Below, piece after piece: positions 14,298 to 28,588 of a stretch of DNA of 64,000 bases. Positions within the stretch are counted from its first letter, which is position 1, and every line of letters begins with the position of its first letter. The stretch comes from Eledone cirrhosa (Eukaryota), in NCBI GenBank assembly GCA_964016885.1, contig OZ024741.1:317998001-318062000 (forward strand), read 5' to 3'. The notes under the pieces were generated by a model. That model saw nothing but the letters and a program-made list of their open reading frames with translations. It had not been told where the DNA came from and ran no database searches. Both the position numbers and the translations under genes were made by a program.

Positions 14298-15429
14298 CAC
14301 TCATTTTTATGTTCTTCTATAAACATCTCTTGTGTTTATGAAAGGATATATAATAAATATCACCACACACTTCTTCGATATTAAGAGTAATTTACACTAT
14401 GAAATATTGTATATACAGCCACACATTAATAATAATAATAATATCATCATCAACAACAACAACAACAACAACAATAATTATAATAATGATAGTAATAATA
14501 ATAATAATAACCACCACAATAACAGCAATTGTAATGATAATAACAATAATATATGTATGCTTGCATGTAATGAATGCTTGTATGTATGTACGTATGTATG
14601 TATATGTATGTGAGTGTGTATGTATATGTGTATGAAAGTATGTATGTGAGTATGCATGTATGCATATATGTATGTATGTGAGTGTATGTATATATGTACG
14701 TATGTGAGTGTATGTGTGTATGTATGTGCAGGGACATGGAAAAACTCGTTTTAGTGTCTGAGCATGTGGTTAGCCCCCTGGGAGTGAGAGACCCCTAGTT
14801 CTTGTAGGACATCATTCTAGGAGAAGGAAAACTCTGATGTAAAATCTGCAGCTTGATGGCAGCCAATAATGTTGACCTGTTTTTCTTTTGGATATCTGTC
14901 ATCATTGTTCAGAGAGGGAAATTGGTCCAGTGCTAGGCCTTTCTTCACTTAAAAAAAGCTTCAAGCACAGGCATTACTTGATATAAATGACTTTTATATG
15001 TATTGTGTGGACATGGCCGTTTCTTTTTCCTTTCACTGCAGCATATGCAGAAAATAATCTAAGTCCTTGGTCGGGCTAAAAGTTCATGTCTGTGCCACTC
15101 ATGTATAAGAAAAAGGACAAGGGATGGCAATTCTCGAAACTGAGATGCAGCCAGTATGAATGTATGTAATTATGTATATGTATATGTATATATGTATGAA
15201 TGTATGTATATATAAATATATATATGTTTTTATGATTGTGGACCCCAGTCCTATTATGAAAAACAATGCTCAAGAACACAACACACTGATGGTCCAGGAA
15301 CCAAACCCATCGCTCTATGATTGAGAGTCTAACATTATCAGCACTAGGTTGCATGAATGAAAGCTGAGGTTGTGTAAAGACTGTAAAGAAAATAAGCAAA
15401 CATTATGCTCTGGTAGATGTGTAGTGTTA

Positions 15430-15770
15430 GTGTGTGTCAATAGCAAAACACAAATGAGTTAAGAAAAAGATTAGATATAAGAAGAATTAGATGTTGCATG
15501 CAAGAGAGTGGACTGCAATGGACATGTAGTGCATATGGAGGATGACAGTTGGGTAAAGAAGTGACAAGTTATCTAAGTGGAAGGATCAGATGGAAAAGGA
15601 AAACCAAGAAAGATATGAGAAGAAGTTTTGAAAGGTGATTTCAAGAGGTTGAACCTTCTAAAGGAAACATGTTAACAGGTTGCAACAAATGGTAAGACAA
15701 TGTTAGGGAAAACTTATCCAACCCATGTAAGCACAGAAAAGCAGATGATTTTGATGATGATGATGATGGT
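15430..15770 (+). mobile_element. RTE LINE 3' end with (GAT)n tail
   Basis: GHVVHMEDDSWVKK...GKGKPRK remnant plus cccatg...gatgatg tail. Confidence 0.65.
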
Positions 15771-16924
15771 CAATATGCATGTGTGTGTATGTGTGTGTTT
15801 GTGTTTGAGTAGGCATGTTAAATGATGCTAATTATACATGTATGTATATCATATATACATATTGAAGAATTGGCCAACAGCATACAATGTGGCAAGACTT
15901 ATCACCATATCCCCCCACTTCCACTACCATTTCTTAGCAGTTATTCCCCTCATCTTACCCATGCCCCCTCCAGTATTCACTCCTTAGCTGCTGCCCCCTC
16001 AAAAGCCCTTAGATACCTTCACTATCACACCCTAATAGCTACTCTCTTCACTTCTATGCACTCCATCCAAGCCCTCTCCACTATGACTCCTTAGCTATTT
16101 TCACCATCACTATACTTCTCCTTCCTGGCATTGATGAGTGCCACCCCTACATGAGTACTAATGATAAAACCATCCATCAAACCTCCACCATTTTAGTGTT
16201 CTCACCATTCATTCCCTTCTCCATTCATCACCCTGCCAAATCCCACCACACTTGTCATAACTTCATACATATCTCCCTCCTAGAATAGTGAGACCTCTTC
16301 CATTGGAACAAATACCAGCCCAGTACACCCTGTAAGGTGGTTGGTGAAAGGGAAGGGCATTCTGCTGTAGAAACCAAGCCTTAAAAAAAAAGGGTTGAAA
16401 GGACCCTTCAGTTATGTCACAGCATGACAACCTCTCCGGTGTTGGTAATCTACAAAATAATGCTCCAATACATACTGCTCCAATACATACTGTAAAGTGG
16501 TTGATGATAGGAAGGACATCCAGTGATAGAAAGCTTTCCAAACAAGGACTGGAAGGACCCTTCAGTTGTGCCAATGACATGACAACCTCCCTAGTGTTGG
16601 AGATCAACATGATAAATGCATCCAGTACATGTTGTAAAATGATTGGTAATAGGAAGGGCATCTAGCTGTAGAAAGCTTGCCAAACAAAGAGTTGGGAGGA
16701 CCTTTCAGCTGTATAAAAGACATGACAACCTCTCCTGTGCACTCAATAGAATGTGAGACCATATGTAAGTGAGATACAGACCATCCCTGCCTGTTTGGGG
16801 GATCAGTAGCCCCATTTCAGTACTGACTTGGTCTATGAAGACTCATCCAATCCTTGCTAGCAGGGAAAGTGGACATTCAACGATGTTGATGATGGTGATG
16901 ATGATGATGATGATTTCAGAAACG

Positions 16925-16968
<44 letters not shown>

Positions 16969-17043
16969 CGTTTCTGAATTTGTGAATTTCGTTTCTGAAT
17001 TTGTTTAGCAGGATTCTTTATCTGAAAACGTGTGTTGAAACCG

Positions 17044-17572
<529 letters not shown>

Positions 17573-17986
17573 AATAGACAAAGAGATAGACAGATGTATA
17601 TGTTTGTATATATATATATAAATTCATACATATATTCATTCAGTTATTCTTTTGATTATTTTTTCAGTGATTGGACTGTGGCCATGCTAGGGCTAAAATC
17701 AAGGGTGGGTGTAAGTCAAATTATGTCCTAACACTACCTCAGTACTTGAGAGCTACTTTATTCTATCACCTTGGGATGAGGGATAGAAGGCAAAGTTGAC
17801 CACGGCAGGATTTTGGACTTTAAAAAAACATAAAGCAGGGTGGGAGATAAACAAATACTACAAGGTATTTTTCTCTGACACTATATCAGTAATGCATAAA
17901 GTGTATGTGGCGATATTTTAGCATGCAGTCTACTGCAGTATCTGGAGTCTACACCATGTAGTGACCTCACTGTTTACTAGGTCACA

Positions 17987-18080
17987 GCTAGGGCTAGGGT
18001 AAAGGTTCGGGTTAGAGTTAGGGCTATGGTTAGGGTTAGGGTTAGGGTTAAGGTTTGGGTTAAGGCTAGGGCTAGGGTTA
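17987..18080 (+). repeat. Degenerate (TTAGGG)n interstitial telomere-like tract
   Basis: About 15 hexamers: ttaggg, ctaggg and ttaagg variants. Confidence 0.8.
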
Positions 18081-18659
18081 GTTTTAGAAGTTGAGGTAGA
18101 TGAGCATGCTGAACTGTAAATGTGTAGGTAGACCACACACTAAAGTGGCACATTGTGTAATATGTATGTGTTTATGTGTGTGTTTGTGTGTGCCTATATA
18201 CATATCTATATGTGTGTTTAATGTGCATGATTGTGTGTGTATATATCTATATGTTTAATGGCATAGTATTATTTATTAATTTTAATTTCTATATATAATA
18301 CATTCACACATACACATTTTTCAAATCAAATTGAGTATAGAAAGGTGTGTGTGTGTGTGCTAAGGTTTATCATTTGTGCATTTGTGCAGTGTATATATTT
18401 TAGTATTTTTATTTTTTTTTATTTTGTATTCCAATCAATACAAGGTATCCGGAGATTAAGGATGTTTTTTTTTAAATACTTAAAAATAGAAAAAAAATAA
18501 GCGGACAAACAAAAAGTAAACAAACAAAAAACAAAAAAACAAACAAACAAAAATAAACAAAAACAAATATAAATAACAAAAAAAAAACCTCCTCTCTCAC
18601 TTGAGTGAGAGGAAAAGTTGGTTTAAGCTGAGCTCAATTTTTTGAAAAAAAAAAAAAAA

Positions 18660-18710
<51 letters not shown>

Positions 18711-19032
18711 TTACAAAGAGAAAAAATACATTTATCGATAAAACCTTTTGATATTTAATATATATATTACACACTCACACATACACACACACACACACAC
18801 ATATATGTGTATGTGTATGGGTGTGTAGATATATATATATATTTCTGTGGAATATAAAATCGAAGCATTATTCAAAAGGTCTCTTTTTCTTATAGAAGAC
18901 TTGTTTTGGTTATTTTTTTTATAAAGGTTGTTTACTTTCAACATAGATAATGAAACTGAATACAGGAGAAAAAACCCATAAAAACAAACATATATGTTGA
19001 TATATATAGACACATATTTGTGTTTGTGTGTG

Positions 19033-19064
<32 letters not shown>

Positions 19065-19112
19065 TGTATATATACATATATATACATATATGTATATATA
19101 CATATACATATG

Positions 19113-19168
<56 letters not shown>

Positions 19169-19580
19169 CATATGTATATATATTTTTATATACACACATA
19201 TATATATATATACTTATATATTTATATATATATATATATAAATACTCATACAAACATATACATATATACATATATATACATATATACATATACACATATA
19301 TACACACATATATATATAGGTTTTCTTATTCTTCATATAAAACAAAATTAAAAAAACCTTCTGGTGTATTATCTTTTCTTACATGGATAAATATATATTT
19401 ATATTTTTATGCACTCATACTCACATATTCATATATACATATTCACCCATACAGGTATATATATAGATACTTAGATACATTTATACATACATTGTTAAAA
19501 AATGTAGTCTGAACATAGTTTGGGGATAAATAGCACATGGTATAATACATAAGTTTTATATAATGTATGTGTATAATTGT

Positions 19581-19650
<70 letters not shown>

Positions 19651-20084
19651 TATATCATCATCATCGTTTAACGTCCATGTTCCACGCTTGCATGGGTTTA
19701 TATATATATATATATATTGCTTATACTTTACATGCAATTTTCTTTAATCTCTCTCTCTCTCTCACGCACACACACATATATACATACTGCCATAAATAAT
19801 TCACTAGTCCTAAAGACAGCACATATGAACACATAAACATTTATACACATAAATATATGGGGATATAAATATATGATCATATAAGCATATGAATATGTGA
19901 ACATATGTTTTTGATTGTTGACCAATTTCAGAATAAGAAATGGTTAGGAGAGCTTGATTTTATAGGAAAAAGAATAAAAATGCTTAAACACCCAACTCCA
20001 CATTCACACACACACACATGCACAGGTATATATATATATACACACACATATATATATATATATATACATATATTTATATACACA

Positions 20085-20266
<182 letters not shown>

Positions 20267-20469
20267 CCTACACACACCCACACACAACCACCCCCACACA
20301 CACACACATACGTATATATATATAAGGAAAGCACATGTGTTTAGAAAATGGAGAGCAAAATTCATAAATTGATTTAGAAGATTTTGCTGTAACTTTTATT
20401 AAATAATAATCTAATAATAATGGGAGATATAAGCCCATAAGCCCACTGATCAGAAAAAGATGAACATCA

Positions 20470-20540
20470 GCTATCATTAGTGCAAATGGTAGTGCACTTG
20501 CCTGGCAAACAAGAGGTATGGGTTCAATTCCCATATGCGC
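20470..20540 (+). pseudogene. tRNA-like sequence (anticodon GGC, 4-nt variable loop) in the loop of a long hairpin
   Basis: A-box-like tagtgcaaatggta; anticodon arm cttgc-ctggcaa-acaag; T arm atggg-ttcaatt-cccat; acceptor stem imperfect. Confidence 0.55.
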
Positions 20541-20640
20541 TGATACTCATTTTTTTCTGTTCAGTTTTTATGTCCTTTTGTTATTAGACTATATTTAGTC
20601 AAAGTTATGGCGAGACCTTCTAATTCAATGTTTATATATA

Positions 20641-20841
20641 CAGGGTGACCCCATAAAATGTACACACACATATTTATTAGAATGAACAGCTTTTCCCCAA
20701 AATAAAATGATCTACAGACATAATTCAATTGTATGTAAATACACAAAGATGTTTACATAATTTGAATAATGCATATAAAACAAAATTTATCTTAATGCAT
20801 TTTTTTTGCTGTTGAAGTGTGTATACATTTTTTGGGTCACC

Positions 20842-20844
<3 letters not shown>
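20641..20844. mobile_element. Tc1/mariner-type MITE
   Basis: TIRs cagggtgacccc.taaaatgtacacac / gtgtatacatttttt.gggtcaccctg, flanked by TA. Confidence 0.8.
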
Positions 20845-20887
<43 letters not shown>

Positions 20888-21309
20888 TATTGGTCCCTTC
20901 AATTCTTTAATACTGAGTCTGTAACATTTCATCTACCACATGAAACCGCATTATCAAGTAATTCTTGAAAAATACAAAACACCACAATGATTGGATCACA
21001 TTAAATATTGAAAACCTTATTCTAATATTGCAAATTTTCACAATGAACTGTCCACTAATAAGGATACTATGAACAATTGAATTAACAAACCTGTTTGAGT
21101 TATTTTCTGCTAAATCATACAGTTAAAGTAGAAAGGACCATACTGAAATAATGTCTCGTTTTGATAGATGTGTGTGTACGGGGTGGGGGGTGTATAAGGG
21201 AGGGAACTCTATAAAAATATGTGTATATGCCAGTCCATACATAATGGATCTTCTATTAATTTCAACAATGAACATCCAGTCAGAGATCACCTTCTGTTGA
21301 ATTAAGTAA

Positions 21310-21556
21310 TGCTATGGGCATGTAATTAGAATGTCTCAGGAAAGAATCACTGGACAGATTTTAGGGGCAAAACCAACTAGCAGGAGACCCAGAGGTAGAC
21401 CCCAAGCAAGATGGTTGGATAACATCCATGAGCTTGGCTGGTCTCGCTTGGGGTTTGAGCCAGATCAGTTGGAGAGGGTTGCTTCTGACAGGACCCACTG
21501 GAGGGAGTGTTTGAGGACTCTGCCCCAATGAATCTCTCAGGAATAAGTGGGAGAAT

Positions 21557-21590
<34 letters not shown>

Positions 21591-21612
21591 AAGAAGAAGA
21601 AGAAGAAGAAGA
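21310..21612 (+). mobile_element. LINE (RTE-like) 3' end with (AAG)n tail
   Basis: YGHV.RM...RRPRGRP..RW.D C-terminal motif followed by an AAG microsatellite. Confidence 0.75.
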
Positions 21613-22005
21613 TTCAATTGTTCTATCAACTAATGGTCCAGCTTGTTAGTTATAATATAATTGTTTGAGTATTCCCCAGACATGTACCCCTTGTCATAAT
21701 TCCAAGTCAAATCAGTGTGACACAGTATGTGACAAGGTTGGACTTTTGATTTACAGGTACAATCCATTTGTGAATTAATGTGTACATGGTTGAGTATTCC
21801 ACAGACACATATACCCTTAAAGTGATTCCATAGCTGAATAAATTTGACACAGTATGTGACATAGCTGGATGTTTGAATTACATTTACAGTTCATCTAACA
21901 GGCTTCCATACAGTTTCTATCTGCCTAATTTCACTTACAAGGATTGGATTGACCTAATACTATGCTAGATTACACTTGTCAAAGATGCTACATATTGGTA
22001 TAGAA

Positions 22006-22572
22006 CAGAGGTTCTCAAACGTTTTGGGCCACTACCTACCTCACAGCTACGTAATATCCTTAGTGCTACCAAGCCTATTTCCAGAGAGACTTGCCTACAT
22101 GCAAATTGTAAACAATGTATAATAAATAAAATACTTAATTTATATATAATAAATAATATAATATATACTATGTATAAATAAATATTACATATTTTTATTT
22201 TACTATATTTATATATAATATGTATATGAAGGTTTGTGGCTGGGTGGTAAGAGAATTGGATTCATAATCGTGAGGCTGTGAGTTTGATTCCTGGACCAGG
22301 CAATGCGTTATGTTCTTGAGCAAGACACTTTATTTCACGTTGCTCCTTCTACCTGGAGTTGCGACCGATAGATAGTATTAGCAATTGGAAAGACCAACAG
22401 AAACATTGTTTCCTTGGTCCGATTTGACGAAAGTCGATTGTTCCTATATGTATCATTTGATATTTAATATACTATTATATCATCTCTACCACCCCCTTGG
22501 GCTGCAGGCCCCCTGGACCTTCTCAATGCCCCCCCCCCCCCGAGGTGGTAGCACCCACTTTGAGAACCTCTG
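22006..22572. mobile_element. hAT (Charlie-like) non-autonomous element with nested SINE fragment (about 22230-22350)
   Basis: TIRs cagaggttctcaaa / tttgagaacctctg; 8-bp TSD gtatagaa/atatagaa. Confidence 0.8.
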
Positions 22573-22747
22573 ATATAGAACATGGAACCTGTTTAATACC
22601 AATGTCAAGACCACTTTTTAGTGAAGTGAAGTTTTTAATCATTTAACCACTGTCTCAAATATCACATCATCATTTTTACGTCCGCTTTTCCCTGCTTAGA
22701 AGGGTGGGACATAGGAATATATATTCACATATGTATAACTACATCAA

Positions 22748-22777
<30 letters not shown>

Positions 22778-22781
<4 letters not shown>

Positions 22782-22972
22782 TTAATATAGATGAGATTCT
22801 ACAGGACTAGAACTGTTTCATTCATTAGAAATCATCAGGGATTCCTGATGATTTCTAATGAATGAAACAGTTCTAGTCCTGTAGAATCTCATCTATATTA
22901 AAACTGTTATACTCTGCTATGTATTGAGTACCTTACTTACTGTGGTTACCTCCGATTCAACCCGGAATAACG
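22778..22972. mobile_element. Penelope-like fold-back fragment (62-bp perfect palindrome) in (TA)n
   Basis: Arms 22778-22839 and 22844-22905. Homologous to 12380-12540 and 45061-45185. Contains an HHR and the GTATTGAGTAC motif. Confidence 0.7.
22838..22890 (+). ncRNA. Type I hammerhead ribozyme, complete
   Basis: Stem I GGGATTC/GAATCTC; core CTGATGA; stem II T-TTC(TAAT)GAA-T; GAAA; stem III ACAG(TTCTAGTC)CTGT; cleavage triplet GUA ending at 22883. Confidence 0.75.
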
Positions 22973-23691
22973 TATATATATATATATATACACCCACATC
23001 CATATACATGTGTATAACTGTATTATCACTATATACATATACTAACACATGTGTATAACTGCATAACACACATATACACATACACACACACGCATGTATA
23101 ATTGTATTATATACATAGGCACACACCTCAAATATCACATAGAAATATAGATAAACATATATATTCACATATGTATAAGTACATCAAAGCTATGCACGCA
23201 CACATACACATATATTTGTGTGTATAACTGTATTATCAACATATACATATACACACCCTTGTGTATAACTATATAATACACAAATACACATACACACACA
23301 CATGTATAATTGTATTATATACATAGACACATACATATACATATACATGTATGTATTATATATACATATACATTGACACACTTATGTCTATAAATGTGTT
23401 TGACATATATTCTCATATACACAGCCATTTCATTATTTCTTATGACAGAGAAATCAGGAGATTATTTTTCAATACAAAATAAATGGCAACTGTGAGGATA
23501 ATAATAATAATTGTTTCTACATTTGGCACAAGGCCAGCAATTATCCCAGTACATTACTGGTACTTTATTTTATGGACCCCGTAAGGATGAAAGGCAAAGT
23601 TAACCTCAGCGGGATTTGAACTCAGATCGCAAAGGGGTGTAACTATGCTGGAAAGCATGTCCGACCCTCTACCGATACTGCCAGTCCGCCC

Positions 23692-23736
<45 letters not shown>

Positions 23737-24999
23737 ATAATAATAATAGAAACAACAACAAGAGGAACATATCACTGCACATACCCAAGGCACACAGAGC
23801 TGTGCTTGGTAATGCGGTGACAACACGCAATAAAAATAATTGTTTCTACTTTTAGCACAAGGCCAGCAATTACCCAGTACATTACTGGTACTTTATTTTA
23901 TCGACCCCGTAAGGATGAAAGGCAAAGTGAACCTCGGTGGGATTTGAACTCAGATCGTAAAGGGACGTAACTATGCTGGAAAGCATGGCGTCCGACTCTC
24001 TACCGATACTGCCAATCCACCGCCCTAACAATAAAAATAATAACAATAATAATAATGATTTCATTTATTGGCTACAAGGGCCGACGAACAACAACAATAA
24101 TAATAACATTATTATCATCATCATCATTATTATCATCATTGTTATTATTAATACTATAACTAATACTACTAAAAATAATGCAGGTAATATCAGCAACAAC
24201 CTTAAATATGTCTTTTTTTTTCTAATCATTAAAAAAACAAAAAAAACAAAATTATATTTTGCATAGAAGAAAAATAGAAGAGTTTCTTAATTAAAAAAAT
24301 TGTGCATATTGTAAATTATTTTGCTGTGATATGGATATGTGGATAGAATATTGAAAAGAGATAATTTCATGTGTGTCAATACATATCAATTAGTTTAGTA
24401 TGCATTAGAATATCCTTCTACACACAAACAACTAATTTTATGTTTTGATAAGTCCTGTGATGGACAAAAGCACTAGACTCAAATTATAAACAATGTTATA
24501 TTATATTATTTTTTTAAAATTCAAGTGATAAACAGTGTTTTATTACTTTTTCTGATATTGATACTTTTGTACAATAGGGACATATACACACTCACACACA
24601 CACATCCATGCCTATACATATATATCCATTTACAACCATATATATACCTAATATACATATTAAACATAACTAGTAGGATATATGAATTATGCTGTTGATA
24701 TAGATTTGTTATATAATAACAATAGTAATATTAATAATAATAATAATGATAATAATAATAAAAACAATAATAACAATAATAACAATGGTTTCTAATTGAA
24801 GCACAAAGCCAGCAATTTTGAGGGAAGGGAAAGTTGATTAAATTAACACCAGTACTTAATTAGTACTATAGTTTAGCGACCCTGGAAGGATAAAAGGCAA
24901 AATTTATAATAATAGTAACAGCAGTAGTAGTAGAAGTAGTAGTGGTGGTGGTAGTAGTATTAGCAAGAAGAAAAAAAAGAACTCAATATTATGTATGTG

Positions 25000-25040
<41 letters not shown>

Positions 25041-25113
25041 AAAAGAGTATGACCCCGACGGCAGAGCTCAAACCGTTTCGACTGCTATTCCTGGTTCCTT
25101 ACCACAATTCCTT

Positions 25114-25170
<57 letters not shown>

Positions 25171-25324
25171 TATCGTATATACACACATATATGTGTGTGT
25201 GTAAGTGTGTGTGTGTATCTGTATGTATATATATGTATATATATATGTATATATATATATATGTATATATGCAAGTTTGCTTGTGTGTATGCCTGTGTTT
25301 GTGTACATACATATACATAGACAC

Positions 25325-25415
<91 letters not shown>

Positions 25416-25599
25416 CACGCATTTATATGATTATACAGAAATATTTGATGAAATGCTATGACACATCCTTGTTTATACACATTTCTTTTTTTCTGTTTCT
25501 ATTCAATACATTATTTTATATTTGCTGTGTGTACCCAGGTGTTGTATGTACCTAGTGCTGTATATATCCAGGTACAGTATGAACTCAGGTGCTGTGTGT

Positions 25600-26070
25600 A
25601 CCTCTGTGTATCTGGTTTAGAATAGGTGCACTGTATCCCTGAGGATTTGGTTTAAAATAACTACACTGTATCCCTGTGTGCATCTAGTTTAGAAAAGATA
25701 AATTCTATCCTTATGTGTATCTGGTTTACAATAGGTACACTGTATTCTTGTGTGTAACTGGTTTACAATAGGTAAACTCTATCTCTGCATGGTTTGCAAT
25801 AGGTACATTGTATCCCTGTGTGTACCTGGTTTACTGTAAGTACACTGTATTCCTGTGTGAATCTGGTTTACAATAGGTACATGATATCCTTTTATGTATC
25901 AATCTTAGAATAGCTACACTGTATTCCTGTGTGTACCTGGTTTACAATAGGTATACTGTATCCCTGTGTGTACCTGGTTTACAATAGGTACACTGTATCC
26001 CTGTGTGTACCTGGTTTACAATAGGTACACTGTATTCTTGTGAGTATCTAGTTTACAATAGGTACACTTT
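25600..26070. repeat. 37-bp minisatellite, about 12 copies
   Basis: Unit cactgtatccctgtgtgtacctggtttacaataggta; single units also at about 27230 and 32210. Confidence 0.9.
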
Positions 26071-28531
26071 ATCTGCGTGTGTCATAAGAGATAACTAAAA
26101 TGTGTTGGCACCAAGAAGAGCATCCGACTATAAAATATTGCTTCAAAAAAGCCCCCACTGTCATGAGGCTTGCAAGACTAGCCCCTGCTGCTGTAAGGAC
26201 ACTGTTATTAAGATGCTTGTTGTTGCAATTGCTTTATTATCTACAATATGGGTGAAGTGGAAATACAAATTCATAATATTTGAACAACTAGCGCTAAACG
26301 TCTGAACAAACAAGCCTGACAATACTATCACTAGGTCCACTGAGCAAACCACTTAGGGAGCAGAACTCAGAGGTAGGTGGCTATGGGTATTGCTGAACCT
26401 TAAATTTGTATTGTTAAACTTTTCATTGCCGTATTTCTAATGAAGGACACTGCCTATGATTCTCAAATAATCAAGAATTTGGAGGGATTTAATATGACTA
26501 ATTTTCTCAATATTTACTTGGTGTTTGCAGCTTAACTTGACAAAGGTTCTTACATAATAATGTTGGAAGGTTCTTTTTAGATAATTATAAATACTTAAAA
26601 AAAAATGGTTTTGTATGATAGAACTGGAGGCAGTTTCAGGTAATTCGGTATCAAAAGGGTTAAACAAAATATATAATAATTTTCTATAATCAGTAAATTA
26701 ATTGCTAAAAATCTTTGTTGAGTAGAATCATTGTGGAAATATCCAAAGTGGTAGAAAAGGTTGTACAGTGTTATGACCTGTCATATAATTTGGTGTGGAG
26801 AATGTGGATTGTGTAGTAGAAAATGCAGGCTTAGTAATTTTGTTAGAATCAAAACCTAGAGCTAGCCTAAGGTGCTGAATAGCTAGGCACTGGACCTAAG
26901 GGCAAATACTAGTGTTATTTGTAAACTGGGGGTAGGTGTAATATGTATTCTACTGTTCTGTAAACCAGGGTAGTGATAATGCATATTGTATGTGCTGTGA
27001 TGTAGTACATATAGTACTGTACTGTACACTGGGTGTAGTATATATTGTACTGTACTATATATTGGGGATAGGGGTAGTATATATTGTTTTTGGCGTAGAT
27101 ATAATATATATTATACTATACTATACTCTGCTGATGTGGTATAGCCTAAAGGAACATTTCAGTATATTATGAAGACAAATTCAGCAGACAAGTCAATAAA
27201 CAATCAGCTTCAATAATAGAAATATACTATGTATATCCAGTTTAGAATAGTTACACCTTATCCCTGCATGTTGTGAGAGGTAACTAAAAGGGTTGGCACC
27301 AGGAAGGGCATCTGGCCATAAAACATTACCTCAAAAAGGTTCCCATGGTGTGTAAGATTGAGCCTGTAATGGAGTCCACAAAGCTAACTCCTGTCTCAGC
27401 AAGGACCATGGCTTTAACAATTTGTTGATGTTATGATAGAGACTTCCAGAGTTGATCAATTTAGTTTTCTCAATGTTTCAGGTGTAATGACAAAAGAAGT
27501 TGTAATGTTCATTCTTTTCCCAGTAAACTCGTTTCATTTTATACAATTTTTGAGAAACTTATTTCTACTTACAGCTTTAAAATGGCTATTTAAATGTTTG
27601 CAAGATTATTTTTGTTAATTAATTTCATAAAACTACAAATCTGTTCTATAAAATTTTAAAATTCATTTGAAATATTTTCTCTTTTGATATTGAGAACATT
27701 ATCTTTTATATGTCCTGTGACCCATGCTTGTAGAGGTTAGATGTAAGCCAGAGTTTACCATGGTTTCATGTGGTCTTTAAGCAACCATGAGAACAAGACT
27801 TCTTGTACATGGTATGGTAATTAGCTGCAGCGCTAATCTCCATCTGGAAGAAGGAGGAATGAAGAATCTAGCTGAAGGACACAATGAATGCCACCTGAAC
27901 CTTATCCATGTCAGCCTAACACCCTAACAACTAGACCATGCACCTATATATTTTTTATAGTTCACATACATATGTATATATGTTGTATTGGACACTGACA
28001 GTGACAACTCCAAGTGTTTCAGTTGGTATGATGAACAGAACAGCCTGCTCATGGAATTAATATGTAAGTGACTGAACATTCCACAGATATATGTATCCTT
28101 AATGTATTTCTCAGGGAGATTCAGAAAGACTCTATGGGTGACAACATTAGTAATTTGAATTACAGTTACAACTAATTCATTTGACAATATTCCAAGCAGT
28201 GTTCATTGATCTAATTCAAAAGCAAAAGTCACCCAGAAGCTATAATAAAAGGCACTTGCCAAAATACCATGAAATGGCATTAAATCCTGAACCCTATGAT
28301 TATGAAGAAGTCCACACTATAGCAAGTTTCACACCAGGTCCTTGGTTTCAGGAAACTTTTCTTCCTCCCATGAGTCTCATGTGTTTTCCTACTGTGAAAA
28401 AAAAAAAAATCTTCCAACTCACTGTCACATCTATTCTTTATTTTTCTATCTCTCATTCTATCTTTCTATGAAACACTAACATCCAAAACTGTTGTATTGT
28501 TTTACCATGTGATTTTTACTTGTTGAAATTT

Positions 28532-28584
<53 letters not shown>

Positions 28585-28588
<4 letters not shown>

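Noticed and set aside
25600-26070. CRISPR-like 37-bp repeats (also 89-355 and 59390-59913)
   Set aside because: Head-to-tail repeats without unique spacers, no cas genes, eukaryotic context.
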